This document shows positions 26,915 through 39,197 of a stretch of 64,000 nt of DNA, piece after piece. This DNA comes from the human T2T-CHM13v2.0 reference genome, Homo sapiens. The position numbers and the translations under genes are program-made. The first letter of the stretch is position 1, and each line of letters opens with the position of its first letter. The notes beneath the pieces were generated by a model. That model was given only the letters and a program-made list of their open reading frames with translations, was not told the origin of the DNA and did no database searches. Location of the stretch: NCBI RefSeq assembly GCF_009914755.1, contig NC_060946.1; one strand, written 5' to 3'.

Positions 26915-27014
26915 CTGCCGTTTATTCTGGCATCTTCATGAGGCCAGACTCCTCGAGAGGGTTCTCAAGGGCAGTGGCTTCAGCTCACTCCTTGATACTT
27001 TCTTTCCATCTCGC
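26915..27014 (-). other. Candidate 100-nt cassette exon in FRG1 intron 1
   Basis: Acceptor ttttgatattgttag|GCGAGATGG and donor GGCAG|GTATAT bracket a unique, GC-richer segment. Confidence 0.4.
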
Positions 27015-27770
27015 CTAACAATATCAAAACCTTTGTTTATCACGGAGACAAGGAGGAAATGCTCAATATTTGTATGTACAGTCAACCTCAGGCAAATATG
27101 CCAGTTAAAAAAGAAACGGGGATATGAATGCACAGGTATTTTTCTCCTAAAGAGCTAATAAATTACCACTACGACCTCCTCACATTTGGCTCAATTTATT
27201 TACTGCATATATGTTCTCTCATTTAATCCTCACAGTCTTCTAAAGGTATAAAAAATGGTCTGAAAGTATAAATGTATAAACGGAGGTTCAAAGATATTTG
27301 ATCTCTTAATGAGTAAATGGAAGTTCAGACATATTAACCAATTTCCTGGTTTCACTCTACATATTAGCTTAGAAAAAATTAATCAATAATTTTTCCAGGA
27401 AGAGACAATGGAGAAAAGAATAATCCCTAATAAAGGAAGTTATTATCATGAACTACAAGATTAGACTAACGGAGACCCACCAGGCAGAGGCCTGCAGAGA
27501 TGCCTCAGAGGACCGAAACTCGTGGGTACGGGGCCACGGGTCACCCGCCCGTCTATCCTGTTTCCAGGGTCGTCAGTGCGGGAGGCTGCCCCTCTCTGCA
27601 CAGGCGCCAGGAACCGCGGTCCGGCCTCAGTCCAGCCCGGACAGGGGCCAGGGCAAAGCCTGGGAGGCCACAAAGCCGGCTCTCCGCGCCACGGCTTCCA
27701 CCGGATTCGAGGGGGGTGGAGTGCGTCCGAAAAGAACTGAGGAGGCTCCCGCCGGAGGTGCAGGACCCAC

Positions 27771-28023
27771 CTCTTCGTCTTGGTTCCCTTGAGCACAAGC
27801 TTGGTAGACTTCGCATAAGATTACTCGGCCATGGCTCCGGGACACTTCTGCGCAGAGAGGCTGAAGCCGGCTCAGGACGAGTATGTGACCCGGAGCAGCA
27901 CCAGGGCGGGGAGGAACAGAAGTGGAGGCGAAGTAAACACTCCCTGACAGCGTACGTCTGTCCAGAACCCGCCTCCGTCTTCACCCAAAAGCTGAATGGC
28001 TGAGATTTCCACTTCCGGTTTTC
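27771..28023 (-). pseudogene. FRG1: FRG1 paralogue exon 1 (coding part 27771-27832)
   Basis: GCC ATG GCC GAG TAA TCT TAT GCG AAG TCT ACC AAG CTT GTG CTC AAG GGA ACC AAG ACG AAG AG|GTGGGT = MAE*SYAKSTKLVLKGTKTK; stop at 27823-27821. Confidence 0.95.
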
Positions 28024-28029
28024 TGCCCC

Positions 28030-28057
28030 GGGGGGGGTGGGGGGGGGGGGGGGTGGG
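28030..28057 (+). repeat. G-tract G8-T-G15-T-G3, G-quadruplex capable
   Basis: Read directly, immediately upstream of the FRG1-type start region. Confidence 0.85.
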
Positions 28058-28099
28058 AGCTATGGCAGCCACAGAGGGCCGAAAGGTGTCCGCACACAG

Positions 28100-28750
28100 C
28101 TGTTCCCTGGCGCCCTCTTGAGGAGCACTTGAGGATTCGTGCCTCCCAGAGGTGGGGAAAGCCCGCCCGAGGCGCCGGTGCTGACGGTGGCGGGGCTGCC
28201 GGGCGCGCTGTGGAACCGCCTCCCACTAGAGCTGCGGGCTGGCGACGGTCTCCGCGGGGGCGGGAAGCGGCTCAGGCTTCCCTCGTCGGCCTGCGGCGGC
28301 GCGTCTGGAAGCGCGGGCCACTCGTGCTCGGGTCACTCGGGGCTGTGCCTCGCGCGACTGTGTGTGCAGGAAACAAGCAGGGAATACCCTGAAATAGAAT
28401 GAAGCGCCATGTTGAGGGCCGCGGACGTCGCGAGTGCTGTGGGAATGTGGGCTGAGGTGGAGAGTTACAGGCGCGTGTTACAGGCTCAGGGCTCAGGAAG
28501 AAGCCTAATCGTGGAGGCGGCATCTGAGGAGGGTCTTGAAGGCTGGGCAGGCTTTTGCCCGATAGAGATGGAGGAAGCTAGCCCTGTCTGATGGAGGAAA
28601 CAGGGCAGAGGCGTGGAGGGAGCCGTGCAGCGCTGGTGTGAGGAGCCGCGAGCAGGCCAGGCCTGTAAAGCAGAGTGATGGGAACCAGGATAGAGAAGGC
28701 AAGTCGGGGTCCTGTGGTCCCTGAAGAATTTGAATGAAATCAGTAAACAG
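28100..28750 (+). ncRNA. Possible first exon of a divergent lncRNA (FRG1-DT/FAM242-like)
   Basis: Head-to-head with FRG1 in the same CpG island; strong donor CAG|GTGAGA at 28750/28751. FRG1 is known to have a divergent transcript. The start coordinate is a guess. Confidence 0.35.
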
Positions 28751-28815
28751 GTGAGAGGGATCCATCGCAAGAGCATGGGATGCAACGAGGAGTAGTCCAC
28801 GGTGATTCCTCTGCA

Positions 28816-28887
28816 GCGGTGGGTATTATTAATCGCGTATGTGACACCAAAACGATGGGTATTGTTGATAGCATATGTGACACCAAA
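28816..28887. repeat. 36-bp tandem duplication (2 copies)
   Basis: gcggtgggtattattaatcgcgtatgtgacaccaaa / acgatgggtattgttgatagcatatgtgacaccaaa. Confidence 0.9.
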
Positions 28888-30189
28888 ACCACCCCACTCA
28901 AGCTGTGGCTCTTTCCCTAAAGTAGAAAACAGAGACCAGTTGAGTTCCAAGCATCCACGAAGATCTTATTAAATTTGTGATCCCTGGTGGCACCATGGAG
29001 TCGGGATTGGCTCACCTAAAACCTGACTCAGAAACAAAACCATGCCAATGTGCAGAGATGAACGTCCTTACCCGTTATCATATTTTCTGATGTTTTCACA
29101 GTGCTGCACTTCCTAATCCCCATTCCACCGCAATCCACATGCCATGATGCCCAGAGGCATTAACAAAGGAGACACACAGGGGCTTCTTACGTTGGGTTTC
29201 CATGGTTTTGATGAAAATCTCAGTTTCCTCATCTCATACAATGTGGTTAGTAATAGTATCATTTAGGGTTGAAGAATTAAATGGTACGAATTATATAGGG
29301 TGCTTATTATAACCTACATGGAAAATGCCTGGGATATGTTAGCTATGCTCATCACCAACATCGTTATATGATGGTAATAATCAGATAGTCAGGAAGGCCG
29401 ACACAAAGAAAATGGATACATGCTCTGAGGGAATGAATGTGGAGAGATCAGAAGGTCAAGAACAAAGCCCTACAACATGTCTGCAGTAAAGGGATAGAGA
29501 AAAGAAAGGCTATAAAAGAAGGAATGAAACAGAGTTAGAGTAAAATTATAAAATCAAAGCTAAGGAGAATTTCCAGAAAGGGTAATATCATTTAATATCA
29601 TAGAAGTTTAGGAGCACAAGATGGGAAAAAGGCCTTTGGGTAACTGACACTGAGGCAGTCTTTAGGGAAGCTCCATTTCCGATAGAGGAGTAGACAGAAA
29701 GTCAGCTTGAAGCAGGGACTAGGTGAAGAAGCTGTTGGCTGGTCGCATGGGGAAATAAATAAGGGATGGCATATGCCATTTTTCTGGATTTCTTTCTTTC
29801 TTGCCCAGCCTCTATATATGCACAGAGTTTTGCGAAAACTTACAAAAAATAAAAATGAAACCAATTTCGTTTGCAGACTCAAATACAATGCTTTGTGTTA
29901 GAATCAAGATAAATTCATGCCTCTCCCTTCTATTGTCACCGTCAGTTTTGAAATTAAACATCAGCTTTTCTTCTTCATGAAAATCATTTTCAACTCCTTC
30001 CAGGTGTTGGTGGTTTGGGGGAGTTACATAAGCAGTCAGGTCTTGATGAGTAGAGGAGGGAACAAACACTTTCAGCAAAGGCAGAATTCTGAAATTCTGC
30101 TCGTATTTTTCTTCAGTAACTTTCCTATGTTTGTGAGGTTATTCAGTCATAAAGATCCTAGTGAAATTTTTTTCAAGCTTTACTAGTCG

Positions 30190-30332
30190 TAATCACTGTG
30201 GACGTTTGTTTAAAATGTGTATTCCCAGGCCTCTCACCTGCTGATTCTGATTCCGGAGATCACGGATGGGACTCAGAATACATATGTTTGACAAGCATCA
30301 CAAGTGGTTCTTATGGTCAGACAAATTTTGGA
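30190..30332. mobile_element. MER5A-like relic
   Basis: tttgtttaaaatgtgtattcccaggcctc...gattctgattc...agaatacatatgtttgacaagc...ggttcttatg. Confidence 0.6.
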
Positions 30333-31483
30333 ATCTAACCAGGAATTTATGTTTTTATGACTGGCAGCTAGAAAAGATTCCTAGAGTCTTTGCTTTTTGA
30401 AAATAAAATATTTCTGTTTTAAAAGGAAATTGTATGACTAGATACAACATTTATACATGTGGCACATGTACTATACTGTGTGTTTTTGTCATATTTGCAG
30501 TCAAAGATGTGTAAGAACACTCTGAGAAAAATTATATATTAAATGCAAAGAGGGGTAAGTCAGGGTGGGGGAGTAATGGGAAGGGTGTGCTTATTGTTGC
30601 TAAAAGGTAGAAAAGCCAGAATTATAGCATCTAAGGTTGCAAATAGCACATTGTAAGTTTAGGGAGCTTCATAATCATGTCTGAAACCTTCTTTGATATA
30701 CTGAGTTGTAAACAGTGGCTTTGGACAAGATTTGACGGAGAAACCAACTATGCTTTAAACCGTTCATTTAAAAGGCTTTAATTAAAGGAAAGTCTTTGTA
30801 TTTACCTGAGCTAATTTAACTTCAGGACTTTAACAAATTACTAGCCCTTAACCTCTTAAAAATTGTCTTTCATTTCAAATGAAAGTTTAAGGTGGCCTTT
30901 ATGTTCGATTGGTATACTTGTGTGAACACTTAACGGCAAGGTACTGTACATTTCTAAATGTTTACTTCTTAATTTTGCTGGAAGAAATATACTACTCAAT
31001 TGATTATTTTTAAAGCAAAGTAAAACAATTTATTTTGACAAGCGACACTGTATTTTCCCAGTTTTCTGGTGGTAAAGATTAGGCTTAACATCACTAATCA
31101 TCAGAGAAATGCAAATCAAAACCAAAATGAGATACCATCCTACACCAGTCAGAATAGCTACTATTAAAAAAATCGAAAAACAACAGATCTTGGGAGGCTG
31201 TGGAGAAAAGGGAACATTTACACATAATTGGTGTGAATGTAAATTAGTTCAGCCACTGTTGAAAGCAGTTTGGAAATTTCTCAGAGAATTTAAAATAGAA
31301 TTACCTTTCAAGCCAACAATTCCATTACTGGTATATGACCCAAAGAAAATCAGTTATTCTACCAAAAAGACATATGCACTTGCATGTTCATCGCAGCACT
31401 ATTCACAATAGCAAAGACATGGAGTCAGCCTAGGTGCCCATCAACAATGGATTGGATCAATAAAATGTGGTACATCCACACAG

Positions 31484-31892
31484 TATTATTAGGCCATTCT
31501 TACATTGCTATGAAGAAATACCTGAGACTGGGTAAATTATAAGGAAAAGAGATTTAATTGGCTCATAGCTCTGCAGTCTGTACAGGAAGCATGGTGACGG
31601 CATCTGCATGGCATCTGTGGAGTCTCCAGGGAGCTTTTACTCATGATGGAAGGTGAAGAGAGAGTAGGCACATCACATGGCCAGAGCAGGAGCAAGAGAG
31701 AATGGGAGTGGGGGTAAGTACCACACACCCTTAAACAACCAGATCTTGAAAGAATTCACTATCACAAGGACAGCATCAGGGCATTAGAGATCCACCCCCG
31801 TGACCCAAACACCTCCTACCAGGCCCCACCTCCAACACTGAGGATTACATTTCACCATGAGATTTATAGGGGCCACCTTCCAAACCATTTCA
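31484..31892 (-). mobile_element. MST (MSTB-like) MaLR solo LTR
   Basis: tattaggccattcttacattgctatgaagaaatacctgagactgggtaa...caaaccatttca. Confidence 0.88.
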
Positions 31893-32150
31893 CACACCAT
31901 GGAATACTATGCAGCCATAAAAATAACAAACTTATGTCCTTTGAAGCAACATGGATGCAGCTGAAGGCCATTATCCTAAGTAAATTAATGCAGGAATACA
32001 AAACGAAATACCACATTATCTCACTTATAAGTGGGAGCTAAACACTGGGTACTCATGGACATAAAGATGGAAAGAATAAACACCGGGACTACTAGAGGGG
32101 AGAAGGAGGAAGGCAAGGTTTGACAAACTAACTATTGGGTACTATGCTCA

Positions 32151-32532
32151 TGTATTAATCTGTTCTCACACTGCTATATAGAACTACCCAAGACTGGGTA
32201 ATTTATAAAGAAAAGAGGTTTAACTGACTCACAGTTCCACAGGCTGTACAGGAAGCATGGCTGGGAGGCTTCAGGAAACTTACAATCATGGCAGAAGGTG
32301 AAGGGGGAAGCAAGGCACATTCTACCATGGTGACAGGAGAGCAAGTGAGCCAGGGGGGATGTGCCATATGTTTAAACCATCAGATCTCATGAGAACTCAC
32401 TTACCATCTAAGAAGAGCAAGGGGGAAATCTGCCCTCTTGAGCTAATCACCTCCCACCAGGTCATTCCCCCTACATTGGGAATTACAATTCAACATGAGA
32501 TTTGGGTGGGGACACAGAGTCAAACCATACCA
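32151..32532 (-). mobile_element. MST (MSTA-like) MaLR solo LTR
   Basis: tgtattaatctgttctcacactgctata...gagatttgggtggggacacagagtcaaaccatacca. Confidence 0.9.
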
Positions 32533-33827
32533 AATCAGCATCTGGATGATTGGGATCATTCATACCCCAAAACTCAGCATTATGAGATATACCCATGTAA
32601 CAAACTGGCACATGTACCCCTGAATGTAAAATACAAGTTAAAATTATTTTCAAAATAATTAATGAATAAATAAATATGATTAAATGAAATTAAAATTTTG
32701 AATTAAAAAAATTTTAGAGTGATAGTGATTTCAGCTTGCAGTTATGTAAGTTATGTAAATGGAAACAGTGAGTTATGTAGGGTTCGGATCAATTGCACTC
32801 TCTGTACTAAGCTGATGTCCAGTTGTTTGGATGAAAAGAAAAGAGGAGAAACATATAGATCTAACAGGAAAAAAATGGACAAGTTTTTATGATAAAAAAA
32901 GAAGAATGGAGGAAATAGGACTGAGGTTATAGGGATTGATAGATATTAATAGATGACTAAGTCAAAAGCCACTGGTTGCAGAAAATATTGATTAATTTTG
33001 TTTTATTCCAGTCAGACAACAAAATCCTATAACTGCCTCTAGAGAAAACCCTTTTAGCCCTGTAATTATCTTTATTCCAAGCACCATTCCATTCATTAAG
33101 TAGTGTATAGAGTGATTAATAAGTGAATTATTCACAGAATTAAGACAGAATTTTTGAGTATTTCAGGATATTAATATTATAGTCAATGAACTAAAATAAA
33201 ATTTGACTAGAGGTGTGATCACCATGAATGCCATGTTGGTATCTTGTTAGATTTGGCAAACTAAAGTTGACAAATTTATTAACAAAATAAACATTCCTTG
33301 ATGATTAATTTACATTTAGTACACATGCTCTTTCTTCTTCCTTCCCTTTCTTATTCATTCATTCCTACAGAGCAGTGACTTTCATTCTAAGATTCCCAGA
33401 ATCCTAAGGAATTCTTGAATGTCATCATAGGGAGCCAGGTGTGAGGATTCCCAAAAGTTGTATTTAATACTTGAAAAATCTCGAGAAGTTATATATTTAT
33501 GCCAGAAAAACTATACAGGTTTTAAGTTATATATATATAGTTGAATACTTTTTATTTCTATCCAGAACGAAGTCATTAGAGTTAATAATGTTGATTATTT
33601 CATACTGACCTAATGGGTAGCCTTTATATATCATTGATTACTTATTAGTATAATAAGAACCCCCCCAAAATTACAAAATAAATATATTTTGTGGGTTTTT
33701 GTTAAGGCTTTTGAAACATAAAATCAGAGGAGAGGATTAAAAGTAATCCTTGATTGTTAAAAAGGCAGGGAACTACTAACTTAGAAAATTGTATGAAAAC
33801 AGCAAGATATATACATGACTCTCAGAC

Positions 33828-33990
33828 CAGCTGCCTGTTTTAATAAAGTTTTATTGGAGCACATCCATGGATCTATGGTGCTTTCCTGATACAATGGTAG
33901 AGTTGAATGGTTGCTATAGAGACCGTATGGTTTGCAAAGCCTAAAATATTTATCATCTGGTCCTTTATAGCAAAAGTGAACCCAGTTTTA
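33828..33990. mobile_element. MER58A-like hAT relic
   Basis: ctgcctgtttttaataaagttttattgga...agagaccgtatgg..gcaaagcctaaaatatttatcatctggtcctttatag. Confidence 0.8.
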
Positions 33991-34265
33991 GATCATTCAC
34001 TTTATGAATTAAGATACAGTGGATGCTGCCTTAACTGACCTCCACTTAACTGATTTGCAATCAGCACTTTCTCGTACCCCTGTACAACTTACTGACTGAT
34101 GTCCACTGCAAACTGAAAGCCTTTGAGCTGCTTTTAATGCCTGTACATTTCTCCTTCCATCACAGAAATTATGTAGTTTCTAAGAGGAAGCTGTGTTCAT
34201 TCCTAAATATGTTTACACCATTTGTTCTTGTTCTTGTAGTTATGCGATTTAATTAAATATTATGT

Positions 34266-34615
<350 letters not shown>

Positions 34616-36402
34616 CTAAATGTGTTGGAGTCACCTTAACTGCTGGCAAGACAACTAGAAACAAATGGGAAAAATTGTGTAATCTAGGATTTCAGATTGC
34701 TTTACCCCAGTTGCCTTCACAGAAAGTAAACAAGAAATCCATGACAACATATCATTGGCATAGTTTCCACAAGAAACTTCACTCTGAATCCGTGCAAGGC
34801 TTTGACCTTGTCATCAAATTCTGGCAAATTTATTTGCACAAGTCTTTTAAATTAAAGTTAAGTTTTAAGGACTTACATCGAATACTTCTTATGATTCCTC
34901 CATCTAACTTAAATTTGTGATTAATCTGTTTATTACTGGTCCCAATCTGATTGAATAAGGGGATTTCTACGGTTTTTGCTAACCAAAAGTTTACTTTGAT
35001 GAAGATGGAATTATAAATACAGTAATTCAAGTTTAAAGAATTAGAATGGTAAAGGTTAATACAATTTAGAAGCCTAAAAATCACTTGAAAACCTTACTAA
35101 CAATGTAAATTCTTGTGCCTTAGGCCTGAGATTTTGATTCAATAGGTCTATCATGGGACATAGGAATCTGTATTTTTAGGAATGATAAAGGAAAATTGCT
35201 TAAAATTGGGTAAATTATGACTTGCAAATATAAAATGAACACTTGTCTAAGATTTTTGTTTAACTCATTTATTTAATGAGGGAGCCAGTAAGATGTTATA
35301 CTGAGTTTTATGGAAAATTAAGTGCCACACATATCTAGGCACTAAGGAACACTGAAATAAATTTGCTTGATAGGTTCAAAACTGACTTCTTGATGGAAGG
35401 TGGAAAAAGGGAAATTAATTATAGTTCCACCAAAATCAATCATTTGCCTGTCTATAGATAAGAATATTTGCATTACTATCAGTAATCTACAACTAACAGA
35501 ATTGCAAATAACAAAGAAAACAAAAGGCACAGAGACCCCATAGAAACAGATAACCCAGGTTATTCTAGACAAGGCTGAGATTTCCATTAAAGACACTCAG
35601 TGGTAATTTCATTGGTCCATCTTAAAATCTTTCCGTTTTCTCCTGAAACAAATTGCTCAAGCAATTAAAATACAATGAATGTGGTCAGTGGGTCACACCT
35701 GGAGAAATCATTTTCTAACCTATAATCAAGACTGTTGAATTACTCCCTTCACTGGAAAGAATAAGATATTACCACATAAATTCATATTATGATAATGGCC
35801 CACTATGAATGCTTTGGTGTTCTTAATTTTCTTAAGATTTATTAATATTTCTGAAGTAACTATTAAATGCCAAGCAATGTATTTTCTAATTTAATATTTC
35901 ATTGACTTTTACTTTCACTTCAGTTGAGCTACTCATTTTCATGGCTATAAACTTAACTTTTCAATAACTTAAAAATTGATTTCTATTGTTATAAACTTTA
36001 ATGTTCCACTCTGTGACCTGCTCTTTCAGACTCTCGCTTCCTTACTGCCGATTTACCTTCTCTTCTATCTCTTCCAGTGCCCCAGTATCTTGACTCTTCC
36101 ATTTTCTTTTTTCTTTTTTTTTATTAAGTGGATACATGGTAATTTCACATGTTGATGGGGTACAATGTGGTATTTTGATACATGACACATTGTTAAAACC
36201 TCTCCTCCCTATCTTTCCCAGTCTGGCAACCACTCTTCTACTCTCTATTAGATCAGTGTTTTTACATTTCACATATGAATGAGATCATGTGATATTTGTC
36301 TTACCGTGTTTAGATTATTTCACTTGCCACAATGTCCTCTATGATCATTCATGTTGTCACAAGTGACACGATTTTACCCTTTTTTATGGCCACATGTGTA
36401 TA

Positions 36403-36692
36403 TGATATAGTTTGGATATTTTCCCTGACCCATATCTTATGTTATATTGTAATCCCCACTGTTAGAGATGGGGCCTGGTAGGGGGTGTTTGGGTCGTGGA
36501 GGTGGATCCCTCATGGCTTGGTGCTATCCTCATGATGTTGAACGAGTTCTCAAGCTTCCTGACTAGTCAAGCAGATGTTGGCACTATACTCCCTGTACAG
36601 CCCATGGAACCAGGAGCCAATTAAGTCTCTTTTCTTATAAATTATCCAATCTCAGATATTTCTTTATAGGAATGCAAGAATGGCCAAATACA
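36403..36692 (+). mobile_element. MST (MSTB-like) LTR with internal deletion
   Basis: tgatatagtttggata...ggatccctcatggcttggtgct...ctttataggaatgcaagaatggccaaataca. Confidence 0.85.
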
Positions 36693-38919
36693 ACATATAT
36701 ACCACATTTTCTTTATCCATTCTTTCATTGATGGACACTTAGGTTGATTCTAGACTATTGTGAATAATGCTGTAATAAACATGAGAGTCCAGAAATCTCT
36801 TTGACATACTGATTTAATATTCTTTGAATATATACCCAGTAGTGGGATTGCTGGATTATGTGATAAGTCTATTTTTAATGTTTTTGGAAGTTATATTGTT
36901 TTCCATAAAAATTGCTCTAATTTACATTTCCACCAACAGTATATGAACATTCCCCTTTCTTCACGTCCTTGCCAGCATTTGTTATTTTTTGACTTTTTCA
37001 TAAAAAAGCATTCTAAGCAGGGTGAGATAGCATCTTACTGTGGATTTGACTTGCATTTCTCTGATTATTAGTGGTGGTGAGCATTTTTTCACCTGTTAGT
37101 GATTTTTTTATCTAATTTGGAGAAATGTCTATTCAGCTCTCTTGACTATTTTCTAATCCAATTATTTGTATTTTTGCTGTTGAGTTGTTTGAGTTTTCTA
37201 TAAATTTGGGATATTAACCCCTTATGAAGTGAATAGTTTGCAGATATTTTCTCCCATTTTATAGGTTGTCTCTTCACTCTTGTGATTGTTTCCTATGCAG
37301 TGCAGAAGTTTTTATTTGGTGTAATCCCATTTCTTTATTTTTGCTTTTGTTGTGCATGTCTTTTGATGTCTTTTCTAAAAAGTCCTTGCCCAGACCAATG
37401 ACATATAACATTTCACCTGTTTTCTTCTACTAGTTTCATAGTTTGGGGTCTTAGATTTAAATATTTAATTTATTTTGAGTTGATTGTTGTGTATGATGAG
37501 AGATAGTGGTCTACTTTCATTCTTCTATATGTGGATATGCACTTTTCCCAGCACCATTTGTTGAAAATACTGTCTTTTCCCCATTGAATGTTTGCACCTT
37601 TGTCAAAAATAAGTTGCATGTAAATATGTGGATTTATGCCTGGGCTCCCTATTTTTGTTCCACTGGTCTACATGCCTGTTTTTATGCCAATACCATGCTG
37701 TTTTAGTTAGGATAGCTTTGTAATATATTTTGAAATTAGATAGTGTAAATCCTCTAGCATTGCTCTTTTTGATTAAGATTTATTTGGCTATTTGGGGTGT
37801 TTTGTAGTTTCACATGGATTTTAAGATTTTTTTAATATCCGTGAAGAATGAAATTGGAAATTTGATAGATATTATATTGGATTTATAGATTGATTTGAGT
37901 AGTATGGTCATTTCAGCAATATTAATTCTTCTAGTCTGTGAACATGGGATATCTTTCTATTTATTTTAATTTTTAATTGCTTTTATCAATGTTTAATAAT
38001 TTTCATCTTTCCATGGCTTAATTTACTTTTAGGTATTTTGTTTTTTTAATAGCTATTTTAAATGGGATTACTTTCTTGATTCCTTTTTCAGATAGTCTGC
38101 TATTGGTGTATAGAGATGTTATTGATTTTTTATGTTGCTTTTTTATCCTGAAAGCTTATTGTGTTCATTTACTATTTATGATTCTCAGTGGTGTATTTAC
38201 GGTTTTTTACATATATGATCATGTCATCTGCAAAGAGGGATAATTTGACTTTTTTTTTCCACTTGGATGCCTTTTATTTCTTTCTCTTACCTAATTGTTC
38301 GGACTAGGACTTCCATTACTATGTTGAAAAAAGTGATTAAAGTGAACATCCTCGTCTTCTTCCAGATCCTAGAGGCAAAACTTTCAAGTTTTCACCATTC
38401 AGAATAATGTTGCCTGTGGGTTATCACATATGGTCTTTATTTTATTGTGTTCTTTTATAACTAATTTGTTAAAAGGTTTGATCATAAAAGATGTCTAATT
38501 TTGTCAAAGGCTTTTTCTGCATCTATTGAAATGATTATTTTTTATCCTTCATTGTTTAATGTGATGTATCACATTTTATTGATTTACATGTATTAGACTA
38601 TCCTTACCTCCCTGGGTAAATACCATTTGATTATGGTGAATAATCTTTATAATGTGCTTTTGAATTATCATTGCTATAACTGCTGGTTTTGAATGTTTGC
38701 ATCTATGTTTATCAATGATATTGGCCTGGAGTTTTCTTTTATTTGCTGTTCTTGTCTCATTTTGGAATTAGGAAATGCTGTCTTCATAGAATGAGTTTGG
38801 AAGAGTTCCCTCCTTTTCATTTTTTTGAAATAGTTTGTAAAAAATTTGTATAAGTTCTTTAAATGTTTTGTAGAATTTGTCAGCGAAAACCACCAAGTCA
38901 TGAACTTTTCTTTCTTCCT

Positions 38920-39197
38920 CTATTTTTTTAGAGACAGGGTCTCACTCTATCACTGAAGCTGGCATACAGTGGTGCAGTCATAGCTGACTGCAGCCTCAAA
39001 CTCCTGGTCTTAAGTGATCCTCCTGCCTCAGCCTCCTGAGTACAAATACACACCACTATACCTGGATAATTTTTATTTTTATTTTTAGAGATGGAGTCTC
39101 ATTGTGTTGCCCAGGCTAATCTTGAACTCCTGGCCTCTGGTGATTCTCCTGCCTTGGGCTCCTAAACTGTGAGATTACAGGTGTGAGCTACTGTGTG
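38920..39197 (-). mobile_element. AluJ-type element
   Basis: Diverged antisense Alu within the L1. Confidence 0.85.

Larger units (their letters stand above)
27480..28660. promoter_or_regulatory. CpG island / bidirectional FRG1-type promoter
   Basis: Dense CpG and high GC spanning exon 1; ETS motif CCGGAAGT (minus, 28011-28018); YY1-like GCGCCATGTT at 28404-28413. Confidence 0.9.
31088..32680 (+). mobile_element. 5'-truncated L1 (L1PA15/16-like 3' end) interrupted by two MST LTRs
   Basis: ORF 31109..31411 ([21 protein letters not shown]) is L1 ORF2 C-terminal sequence; L1 3' UTR and A-rich tail follow. Confidence 0.88.

Noticed and set aside
27448-28591. Many overlapping ORFs up to 167 aa
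   Set aside because: Expected in a CpG island; only the 62-nt FRG1 exon 1 segment has protein homology.
28816-28887. CRISPR-like 36-bp repeat
   Set aside because: Only two adjacent copies with no spacer, in primate DNA without cas genes.
35766-35780. ATATTACCACATAAA, like a recalled CCNYL1 internal exon (IYYHIK)
   Set aside because: It lies upstream of exon 1, the flanks do not match and there are no splice signals; probably a chance AT-rich match.
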